This document shows positions 34,579 to 46,059 of a stretch of 64,000 bases of DNA, in pieces. This DNA is from Macrostomum hystrix. Its lineage: Eukaryota; Animalia; Platyhelminthes. The stretch is taken from the NCBI GenBank assembly GCA_950097015.1, contig CATNEN010000038.1, positions 13,330,001-13,394,000 on the forward strand. The letters are read 5' to 3'. Below the pieces are notes generated by a model, which had not been told where the DNA came from, ran no database searches, and saw only the letters and a program-made list of their open reading frames with translations. The translations under genes and the position numbers were made by a program. Each line of letters starts with the position of its first letter. Positions within the stretch are counted from its first letter, which is position 1.

Positions 34579-37476
34579 TCAGAACTTATAATCCTTTTGA
34601 TACTTCTTAGCAGCCGATACGCCACCCGCCTGCTGTTGCGCTGACTCCGCCTGGCCAGCCCGTGATGGTGGCGGAGGACGCTTCCGGCTGCCGCTGGTGG
34701 CGCCAGGCGTAGCACTTGAGTCTCCGGCCGCTGCACCGAGAGCGTAGATCTTTGAACTACCCATGAACGCGTCACCCACGCTGGTCTGCACCTCAGGCAG
34801 AACTCGATACGGCAGCACCTCTTCACCGTCCCCTTCCATGGCAGCCTCCACAGCGGCGGCCGTGCGCTGCTGCTTTCTGAGTTCGATCATGTCCGGAGTC
34901 TCTAAGCCGGCTGGGGTGGCTGAGGACAATGCGCCGCTAGGGGTCGCCGCACCGCGGGACATCGCTGCCGCTGCGGCAAGGCCAGTATCATCACCGTCGC
35001 CGGCTTCATCTTCCTCCTGATCCTCCTCGTCTTCGTCTTCATCTTCGTCTTCTTCTTCGGAGGACGATTCGGACTCGAGTTCGCCCCAGAGATGTCTCTC
35101 GGTTGGCTGCTGACCAGCGGAATCAGCGGGCTGTAGCTGCGGCTGCACAGCGTAGCCGAATACGTCACCGTAAACTGGGCGGCCGTGCACGTCCACTGGA
35201 GGCTTACCCCAGCCACCTACGCGGAAGGAACAGAAATATTTTTTGTAGAGATCTTAAATGTAGTCGAAATCATAAAAGTGCACTCTGCTTATTAAAATAC
35301 GATGAGTTTCTAAAGAAAAGAAGTTATTTAAGTATATAACAGAAGGCAACACTGTGAATGCGAACACTGCGTAGCATAAACTGGGAATAAATAAAATTTT
35401 AAGAATCTGAGAAACATTTCAGAAGGCTTTAAATTTTGCACAAAGAGACCCATTGTTTACCTATCGATCTGCTGAAGGTTAGAGAAGATAGAATAGGCAG
35501 TTGTGAAGTCCTTGGGGCAACTTTACCTTATTCTTAACAGGAAAGGGAAAATGATTTAAAATAATCAATAATTAGGGATCATTAAAGAGACCAACGACGA
35601 AAAACAGCAGCTGAGCTCTATGAGGTTCTAAAAAGTAAATTGCAATTTAGCAGATTGGACGCACCAGCATGATAGCCAAATGAGCAGCCTTCAGGAATGG
35701 GCGCGTTCAGACCGGGAATGCGAAGCCGAGGAAAAGCGGGCGGCGGCCCGTAGCGCTGCATGGCGATGAGCCAAGGCGGTGGATAACGCTCACTGCCTGG
35801 ACCAACCGGCATGCCTAGAGCGGTGCGCAGCTCGTCCGAGAGGGCGCCGGGCTTCTTAGCTCGCAAACGGGTCTCGAACTCGCGACCCTCGTAGTACAGG
35901 TCTCCGTGGGCTGTCAAAAGTAGATAAAAATATAGAAGAAAATGAAAAATATTTTTTTTGAATGCAGCAGGTTTATGGTAGAGTCTGCAACTGAAAATTG
36001 AAATGCCGAGGGCAGGATTCACAATAGAAAGAGCTGCGGTTTTAGGGTTAGGATTCGCAACAGAAAATTTGGCGGGTTTAGGGTGTTAGGATTCACAACT
36101 TAAAACCAGAATGCCGAGGGTTTAATTTCAGGATCAACAACTAAAAACCGGAATACAGAGGGTTTAGGGTCAGGATTCACAACAGAAAATTTTGCGAGTT
36201 TAGGGTGTCAGGATTCACAACTAAAAACCAGAGTGCCGAGAGTTTTGGGACAGGATTCAGAACTTATTCAGAACTAAAAACCGGAATACCGAGGGTTTAG
36301 GGTCAAGATTTACGTAGAACTAAAAAACTGGAATGCCGAGGGTGCTAATTACTCGAGTAATAACAACAGAGAATGGCACGAAATACCGCACTTACCAGTG
36401 AGAGGCGGTTTAACTTGGTACTTAAAGAACGCATCGTGCAGCTTCTGATAGTCGATGTCAATCTTGCCCACCTTGGGCCGGACCCGCTCTCGCATCTTCT
36501 GCTTCATAGTCTTGGCGTCGTCCTTCTCCTGCACTGTTTCGCGCATCTCCATAATGCCGGTGGCTTTAATAAAGTCGGGTAGTTGGAATGGCGGCTTTTC
36601 GATTCCGCGCTTGCCCTGCAGGTATTTCCGCTTGGCGCACCAGTGCCTGGGCACCGGTACAGTGTTGCGGTAGGCCTTCATCAAGCACAGCAGCTTTGGA
36701 TCCTTTGAGCAGACGTCGTGCATCTCAACTACCTCGGGCCGATCGACGGTCTGCTTGAGCTCGGCAACGCTCATTCTAGTGAGCTTCTTTAGCTTGCGCT
36801 TGGACAGTTTCTGCACGTCCTCTTCATCACGCCGGGCTGCAGCCGCCGCTTCATCCTCGTCCTCGTCTTGCTGCATCATCATACCAGCGGTGCGGGCTTT
36901 CAGCATAGCAAGACCGCTGCTTAGCGATGTGGACGACATGCCTTCTAGATACTCGCCACCGAGTTTTGACTGTTGCTGACCACCAGCTGATCTAGCGGAA
37001 TCTGCAGCCGAATCCTCACTGACCGGTCGGAAAGCCTATGTTAAGTATGTTAAGTCAGTTAAGAGCACAAAATCTTAATATTTTTTTGCAAAAAAGAAGC
37101 GCAACATCGCAGTTTTGTACAGGTTAATTAAATAATATGAAAATTGTCGTTTAAAAACGCAGCACTGATGAAAACGCTGGCATACCTGGAAAATCTTGCG
37201 AAAATGTCGATATTTGACATCTGTTAGCTCAGGTGGATCTTCAAAGACGTACTCAACCTCGATTTCATCTCCATCAGAACCACTCTCATCCTGCTGCTTT
37301 TGTTGCTGCCCAGACTGTCCCCCCTGCTGCTGGCGCCTCTGCTTACGTCGCTGCTTCTTGCGCTTCTGTTTGTCTCGCTTTCGCTGTATAGTCTGCTGGT
37401 GCTGCTGCGAATCTGCCTGATGCTCAGACGACCCAGTATCATCTCCATTTTGTAGATTATTTATTTCGACGGTCAT
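34579..37476 (-). CDS. SF3B2: Splicing factor 3B subunit 2 (SAP145); exons 37476-37186, 37035-36396, 35910-35665, 35216-34579
   Basis: DUF382 motifs (VAELKQ.V.RPEVVEMHDV, RNTVPVPRHW, KRKYLQGKRGIEKPPF, IDIDYQKLHDAFF), the PSP domain (PPPWLIAMQRYGPPP) and C-terminal KKYQKDYKF. Confidence 0.97.
35985..36345. repeat. Degenerate ~37-40-bp minisatellite in SF3B2 intron 2
   Basis: Recurrent caggattcacaac-aaaaaccggaat-ccgagggtttaggg units, about 9 copies. Confidence 0.75.
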
Positions 37477-39529
37477 TATAAGGAGTAAACCGATGAATAC
37501 ACAAGTCTGGAAAGGAAAGACGACAAAAACTTAAATTGAAGAAAAACTAGCAGCTGCTGGCACCTAGAAGGATTTATTTTATACAGATAAAGTTTTTAAT
37601 AGTTTTCTACTGAACCAAGTAATAATAAAAATAATAGTACACAATTCGCCGGCCACGCAGTGGCACGAAAAGCATCGAAACGCTAGGTCTCGGACATCAC
37701 GGCTTCACACAATCAGCCTGGCTCGGGGTGGGCGTCAGAAAAAGGCCGGGCAAATGTAACAGGCCTATCATTTCTGAACATGCCTGAGCTCAGTTCTATT
37801 AATTTGTAGTTTAACTACTACAATTTAGTTTTGATGATTCTATAGGTTAATTTGATTTGATATAGGTAATCTCTTTAATCTTACAAATTCAACAAACTTA
37901 ATCTTAATAATGCTCACATTTTTTCACTATCTTTACCTTTTAGCATTAGGGGATGCAGCAATTAAATGCATTGCTACTCTATCATTTTTTCTTTGTATTA
38001 TAATTTTTTGGCAGAAATCAAGTAAAGTAGCTTTTTTAAACTAAAAAATGGCATAAGTTTAGCAGTGTTGGGCTTGTGACTTGTTACTAGTTACCAATTA
38101 GGTAAAAATCTTTACTTTTTTTGCAATGTTACTTTTCCCGCCCATTACAATGGGCTATAGCCTACTATAGTAGCAAAAATAATGGTTACAAGTCGTTGTG
38201 TATTTCTCATTAGCTGTTTTCATTACCAATTTCCAAAAATAATTTGAAATTAGCAGCACTGTAGATTTTTTCTTTTGTTGCATTAAAAAGCTTTTATTTT
38301 GATGACAGTTATTTTTTGGTATTTTTGCATTACCAATTTTTCTCAAATGGTCAGTAACAATTGCTATATTAGCAATTATATCCATTCACAAAAATTTGAA
38401 CTACCTACAACTAGTTCGAACATCTAATCTAGACAATTTTTGGTAGGCCAAACATTGTTATCAATATGTACACAAAACTGTAAATTGATAAAGGCTAGTT
38501 ATAAAAACTGGTTAAAAAACAAAGCTGTCAACCAAAAGTGATTAAAATGATGCTAGAAAAGAAAAGTTGGTTGTCAAAAAATTGGTAGCATAAATCTGAT
38601 CAGTGCAAAGGTAGCCATAGTAAACTTGTTATCAATATGATATACTAGGTTAGGACTGCCTTACTAAAGAAGCTCAATTAAATGTTACTTACATTGCAAC
38701 TACATAAAAGTAATGTCATTGAATTTACTCCTGATTTACAACCTAATATACTAAATATCTAATTTCTGATTGCACTATCTAATCATCTAATTATCTACAG
38801 AGTTCAGTTTTTGATACTTACTAAACCAACTATTTACTTAGATAAGCTAATTACTGTGTGTGCATTGAGGCAATAGTGCAGTATTGCCTGATTGCAAGGA
38901 ACTACTAATGCCCAACTTATGTACTTTAGTTTAGGCATTTAGCTAGGGATGATGTTAATGACCATAGGATGAATGGTCTAATTAAGTTTTGAGAGTGTTT
39001 AATTCTTAATTCATTCAGAATCAGAGACAACCATTTCAATGACAAATTCAACATATGTATAAAATTTAATAAAGCATCTAGTTGTAAATAATTTTTTATC
39101 AGATCAATCAGATAAAAAGCTAGCTTTTTAATCTGCCTGGTTCTCCATGCTTTATTAGGCTATTATATTGATATTTTGTGTACCCTCTAAACTTAATACA
39201 CAAAATATAATTATTTTATGTTCAATAGAAATATGCACAATGCTTATTACAAGTAGTCTGTTTATGAGGCACAAGAGTAATAGTCACATAATTTGCAGTA
39301 TCATCATTTTGGATGATGAAGTGACTAAAAATGAGGAGTGAGCCAATTTGCAAAGGGTGAAATTACTTATTTTTTGCAATATTTTTATTAGTATATGACA
39401 AAGTAAACAAGGGCAAAATATTTTTGCTAGATCATTTGATAAAAGCTTATATAACAAAGTGACTGAGATATATTAACTATGCCCTATGGATGCCTTGTTA
39501 TATTCTATTGATTGTGACTAATAGCCAAA

Positions 39530-39809
39530 CATACATGTGCAACCTCCCAAATCTTAGCCGGCTGTGCAACTTAGTTTTTGCTCTCATTTGCAACTTAGTT
39601 TGTTTCATTGCTCTATTTACGACTTAGTTTGCTCTCATTTGCTCTCTTTTTCTCTCCCATTTTTCATTTTCTTCACACCTTCCTTTTTTGTCCCTTGGTC
39701 CCACCTTTGTTTTTTTATGCTTGGTCGATTGGTTTTTACGACTTACCTTGCTTGGCCCTCGTTTCACCCAGCCGGTTCAGCCAGGTCGGCCGGGTGTTGG
39801 GCATGTATG
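39530..39809. mobile_element. hAT-like MITE
   Basis: TIRs CATACATGTGCAAC and GTTGGGCATGTATG. Perfect 8-bp TSD TAGCCAAA. Internal gcaacttag repeats. Confidence 0.8.
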
Positions 39810-40967
39810 TAGCCAAACAACAAATTTATAAAGAAAACAAAATATGCAATGGTATAGTTACAATGTTTAATTCTAATTGATTTTAAAACAATAGTTAACT
39901 TCTTTATAGTAGAAAAATTAAAATGTCAAACAACCAATAAATAATAACTAAAAAGTCCTAATAATGTGTTCAGACTATATAGTAGTATGCCAAATGGAAT
40001 AGAATGTTGCCAAAGGTAACAAGGCAAAAGTTAGAGTAAAATCACTTTTGTTCTGGAATCTACAATCTAGAAACATTCTTTCCCTTTCTTCTCTTTTTGG
40101 CCATAGACAGAACATAGCCATGCACTGCCATATGATTTAAGAAATGCTCTCCAAATAAAAAATTGATGTGGTATCTAAGAAAGTTGTTATTTTTTTAAAT
40201 AAGTAAATGCACAAAACTAGCTGAGTTGGTCATGATACCAAAAAAGTAATGGGAGTGGTGTGGTGGTAACATATGTTACTAATTAGTTTGTATTTGTAAC
40301 AGAAAAATTGAATAACATGAAAGCAAAAAATAGTAGCAATTATTACTTCTAGGCCTAGGCCTAAAAATGTTATGGGCCTAAATATAATATTTTAGTTAAT
40401 TTGTTATTGTTTGCAACCTTGTTAAAACTTGGTTTTAACATTTAAAGTTTGAACATAGGGGCCTAGGCCCTAGGCCTATGTAAGTTCAATTGGATCTTAG
40501 TCACTTTGTCAACTGCTATTTCATGAAATTGTTGAAAAAGTGACTAGGCCTAGCAACTATTCTAAATGCATTGACTATACAGTTTTAATTGCTACAGTAT
40601 TGATGATTACCCATCATATTTCTAAATTTTACCTGTCCTATGTGACTTACTTTTTGTCCAGGTTTGTGACTTAGTTCCTCTTGATTGCGACTTAGTTCCT
40701 CCCGATTGCGACTTATTTTCTCCTAATTGCAACTTAGTTCCTCCCCATTGCAACTTATTTCTCTAGATTGTGACTTGGTTCCACCTGATTATGACTTAGT
40801 TCATCCCAATTGCAATCTAATTTTCAATTTGTGTATGACTTTTCTTGCCTTTTTTCTCTTTTCTACCTCCTTTGGTTTCTCTTTCTCTTTTTCTTCTTTC
40901 TTCTCTTCCCCAATTATTTTTTGTGTTTTTAATCTTGCAACTTACCTTGGCAGGCGGTCATTTCACC

Positions 40968-41455
40968 GGTCCCAGGTCATTTCGGTGACAAGACATTTCG
41001 GTGACAGTCATTTCGGTGACAACTTAAGTCATTTCAGTGACACAATTGGTCAGATTGGTGACAACTATTTTTGCACCTAAATATGCTAAAAAACAGCCAT
41101 CCATTTTAACTATGCACACTTATAAAGTATTAATTTAATAATGCTATAAGTATTAATAAGAAGCTGCATTGCTCTGATTAAGTCTGGGTTTTACTTTAAA
41201 TGAGTTAAATTATTAAATTATTTAATAAGTAGTCAATAGTTTCAATAGGCCTAGTTATTCGTTCCTAATTAAATGTGTAGGCCTATAATAATCATTTTTC
41301 AAGTTTTGGATTGACAAGGCGAGTGCAGCTGCTGGATCATGGAAGGCTGTTTTCTCAGCATATTTAGGTGCAAAGATAGTTGTCACCGAGCTGACCAATT
41401 CTGTCATCGAAATGACTGTCACCGAAATGTCTTGTCACCGAAATGACCTGGGACC
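40968..41455. mobile_element. Foldback MITE (Merlin- or MULE-like) nested in an older hAT-like MITE (~40610-41495)
   Basis: Long TIRs GGTCCCAGGTCATTTCGGTGACAAGACATTTCGGTGAC with internal tandem repeats and a perfect TSD ATTTCACC. The host shows the same gcgacttag repeats and acttaccttg...tttcaccc motif as 39530-39809. Confidence 0.8.
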
Positions 41456-42446
41456 ATTTCACCCATATGGTTTGGACAGGTTGGACAGCAACCATTGCAA
41501 TATCCTGATATTATGTGTTCAACAGATCTCGTTTTTTTTGCTTAAAAGTTTATATAGTCCTAGTTTTTATCAGAGATACTTCAAGGTTACTTTATACCCT
41601 ACAATTTCTAGATAGTATATATAGTATTAACTATAGGCTATAGTTACAAGCTAAAATACTAAAATAGGCCTAGTAGGCCTATCTGTGGTCTTTACTAGAC
41701 TTTAGACTTAATTGGACCTCCAAATACTAAAGAATGGCTCTTCAGTTAAGTACCTGTTTCTCTAAACATATTAAGACAAATGTTTAAAACAATCCGAACA
41801 GATAAATCGTTAAACAGTGCTGACGATATGAATGTATCTGAGAAACGTATAGATCGTTAGTTATATCGTTTCTGATCAAAGTTTCGCGGCCTTTTTTTAA
41901 TTCTAACAAAATAAACACATAGAAGTTAGGCTTTTATCTCTTAAATGTGCAATGGCTTGTAAAAAAGTCTTTTAAATTACTAATTTCAAGTCGCCTGACT
42001 GTTTTTGATGCAATCTTTTGTTTAACTATTTCAAAGTATGTTTATATAACGGCACTTTTTAAAAAGACTTAACTGCATGCCTATATTTTTCATTTGCGTC
42101 TCTCATGCACTAAGCTAAATTCTAAATTATTTTTCTTTATGCCGTGTTTATTTGCTTATGTGTATCGTGTTACTATTATAGTACACCAATAATGAATGTT
42201 GTCTTCCAGTCTAGCCCCTAGGCACTAGCTAATGCATTCTAACCTAGGCTGATTAATAGCAAGTGCTGCAGACTACAGTTATAGTAGGCTAACCTTGGCT
42301 CTGTAGCTATTTCAATAACATCATATTGTATTTTATAGTAATATAATCCTATGTCACGATGTCACAAATTGCCAATAATAGTATATATGCGTTTATAAAT
42401 TTATATAAATTAAAAAACTGTTATTTATTACTATGGTATTTGTAAA

Positions 42447-43139
42447 GAAAGTGCTTATTCCCACGGTCCCGTGCCAATAATTTCAATTTTATCCACATGG
42501 ATCCATGCCGATAATTTTCTGCTTATCCACATGGCAGCTTGTATGAATAGGTCTACTTTCAAGTCCCTACCTATTCTTCTCTGAGCATAAGGCTTTTGCT
42601 TCAGAGTATAGTGTATAGTGTACACTATCAATGCATAGTGTAAAATAATAACAATGATGTATAATATGTGTGATGAGTTTGGTGCTGACTAGAATTCTGC
42701 TGGTTGACTTGTATGATTTTCTTTGATAGACTTCTAACTTTTTAAGTCAATACAATTCAAATGAAAACACATAACGTTGACAAAAGATTTAGCAAGTTGT
42801 TATTGCAATAATTAAAAAGGATGACATTAATGTCAGTTAATGAATGTGTAGGTCAAAATGTAGAACACTGTCGTAACACACTGGCAACTTTCAACTTAGT
42901 CGATCTATTGGCTCGAGGGTTCAACAAAACAGTCAAACCCAAATGACTGAAACGAGGGCCTCATTTCAAAGAACAGAACTGTGTGAATAAAATGGAAATT
43001 AACGACATGGCATATTTATATAAAGAGTTTTAGACCTATTCATACAAGCTGCCGTGTGGATAAGCAGAAAATTATCAGCACGGATCCGTGTGGATAAAAT
43101 TGAAATTATTGGCATGGGACCATGGGAATAAGCTTTGCC
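42447..43139. mobile_element. MULE-like MITE, copy 2
   Basis: Same sequence as 4475-5252. Perfect 9-bp TSD ATTTGTAAA at 42438-42446 and 43140-43148. Confidence 0.88.
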
Positions 43140-43857
43140 ATTTGTAAAAGAGTGAGATGTCAATTTTAGCAGACAAAAGAACCATTAACCAATGTGTTGC
43201 TTTTAGCTAAAGCTAATTTAGGCTTTAGGAACACATTTGTAGTCTGCAATATGTATGCTGTTTACTGGATAGCTAATTTTAACTTTGACTCTTAACTTTA
43301 ACTTTAACAGTTTTTTCTTTTAGATTTATTATTTGATAAAATATGTTAGTTCCTTTCTTATAGCTTTGTTGCAAATATATTAATATGTTTCTATTCTTGG
43401 TGCTATAATTTGTTATAGGGCTTCAGGCACTTACAAATTATTTTGTAGTTGTTGACTCACAATCAATAAAAAACCAATCTACTTATTCTTGTGACTCTAA
43501 AACATGTATCCATTGTGACTGTATTGTGCAAAAATGAACTAACAAGAGGATAAAAATCAACATAGATTTTTTATTAGACTACTCAATCTCACTGTCCCTT
43601 AATATTATTATTAATTGCACAAATTGCACAACAAGCCTGCCATCCTTTTATGCACCCCAAATTACTATGGTTTTACCACTTAATAAATCTTTAGGTTCTA
43701 TTGTGAATAAGGCAAACACATGAATAGCACTGTTCTTAACCCCACAGATACACACAGAAATATATTTTATAAAACATGAGCTTAATGCCTATATCAGTTA
43801 TCACTTTGAAAGACTATCTAATTTAATTCCAGAGTTGCCAAAAGCCTGGCAACTGCA

Positions 43858-46059
43858 ATGGACAACGTGGTGAGCATTCCAGTCAGCTTATTCACTTATT
43901 CACGCTTCATTGAGTCAAAGCAGCAGCTAAACATGCCAGACTCCAGCAATGATGAGTTTATGCTGATGCTGCTTGATCACATAACAAGCTGTGACATTCA
44001 CATAAATGGATCTGGTCAGTCAAACAGTGGAACCTCATTATCCTCTGCAAAGCAGCCAGATGATGTAGCAACAACATCTGGTACACTACCAGCAGCAGCT
44101 TCAGCAACTGTCCCCACAACGATCGCTCTAGTTAGCCCATTCAGTGGCAACACCGAAACGGAGCCTCCAACGAAGCCAGAGGTCAGCGACACAGGAGACA
44201 GCACCTTCACCTGCCAGATGTGTGGCTATGCCTGCTCCGAGGAGAAGGACTTTAACCTGCACATTGCCAATCACATTTCGCAGCTCAGCTCGATCATGGC
44301 AGCGCAGAATCCGCCTCAGCAACAGCAGCCATCACCAGTGAGGCCGCCAGCTCCTTTGCAGACACCCAGCATGCAGTCGCATCAGCAACAATTCCATCCT
44401 ACAGCTCAGTCCGCAGTTAGCACATCCATCCTTGAGCGGAAATATCAATGTGACATCTGCGGTGCCAGATTCAAGCAGCAGCGTATTCTCGAACAGCACA
44501 TTGATGGCATGCACTCTACAACTGGCAAGTACTCATGCGACTCCTGTGGCCAGACCTTTAAATGGCCTGGAAAGTTCTACTCACACAAGCGTATGTGCGC
44601 TGGTCAGGCTAGCCAGCAGCAGCAGCCACCACCATTAGCCGCATCCACAGGCTCCGTTGTAAATGGCCTCCCACCGTTGCACCGCTGCCAAAAATGTGAC
44701 ACTCTGTTCGTCAGTCTGACAAGCTTAGCTCAGCACGCCTGCACAGGTTCTGGAGGGCCACCTCCGCTGCATCAACAGCCGCAGCAACAGCAGCTGCATC
44801 TGCAACCTCAACGCCAGCAGCAACAAATGCAATCCATTGTGCTGGTGCCACCAAAAGATTCAGCAATGGCTGACGCCAGCTTGAAGCAGCATCCGTGTCC
44901 AGAGTGCAACAAAAGGTTTCGAACCAAAACCTTGCTGGACCAGCACATGCATCTACATAGGCCCCCAGCTTATCAGTGCCGCTACTGCAACAGAAAATTC
45001 CGCTGGCCCCCTGTGTTCTATCAACACCAGCGTCAATGCAAGTTCAACCCGGCTGTGTTAGCTGCCTCATCAACTGGCGGCATTAGTGGCAGTCGCTCTC
45101 ACGCCGGAATTAACAATAACAGCAGGCGGAAGTCTTATACGCCTGTCAAAGCTTCGGACTCAATCCCTAACATACTATCTACTGCTACAGTTACTAAACA
45201 GGAGTCTGACGCTGCTGCTGGGCTTAGCCAGCTCAGAGACCAGTCGAGCGAAAATAGCACGTCGGCTATAGGCAATAGCTTGGCCAACTACAGGTAAGGG
45301 TAGCGCAAAGCAACAAAGACTTAAGGTAGTTCCATTTTTTCTTCGCTTAATTAAAGTTTGCACCTAACTGCTTCCAGGTGCGCTTGCACTGCCGTATTCG
45401 CCTCTGTGCAAGCATATTTGAACCACTGTGATGCCTGTCCTGAGCAAAACGGTCGTATACATCACGATCAGCAGCTGCAAAAGAAGTCCGAAGAGCATCT
45501 CGAGCAGCGTAATGAGCAGCAACAGCTTGGCTTGAACAGCCTTGTGGACGCGGTGGCTCTCAGTCAGCTGGCTCCCTCTGTGGCAGGCGGCTACACCTGT
45601 CCCCAGTGCAACAACACCTACAGTTCTAGACTGTCGCTGAAACAGCACATTGAAGGCATGCACAGCGTGGAGGCCAGGTATGAGTGTGATGGCTGCCGGA
45701 AGCGCTTCCGTTGGGGTGCGTCCTACTATTGCCACAAGAAGACTTGCAACGCATACAGGTCCATACGGGGCGGCGCTGAGTCTCTGCACCAGCGCCAGCA
45801 GCAGGCGCAGCCGCCTCCACTTCAGTTTTCGCTTGCTAGGCAGTCTAACAACGCCTCCAATGTAGATGCCGAGCTGGATAACGGCGATGATGATGATGAC
45901 GAAGAAGAATACGAGGAGGAAGACGAGGAATTCGATGATGAGACGGCGATGGTTGAAGATGCCGACATGGCCATTGACTTAACGGAGTCGGGAGAGCGAC
46001 GTCAGCAACAGCAGCATCGGGGAGAGTTTGATGGCTCACCAACTGAACTGCAGGTGTGA
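43858..46059 (+). CDS. Multi-C2H2/C2HC zinc-finger transcription factor; exons 43858-45293, 45378-46059
   Basis: About 9 fingers, including three similar pairs (C..C...L.QH...MH followed by YxCxxC...FxW...YxH...C). Q-rich linkers and an acidic tail. Intron 45294-45377 is GT-AG and in phase. Confidence 0.9.
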
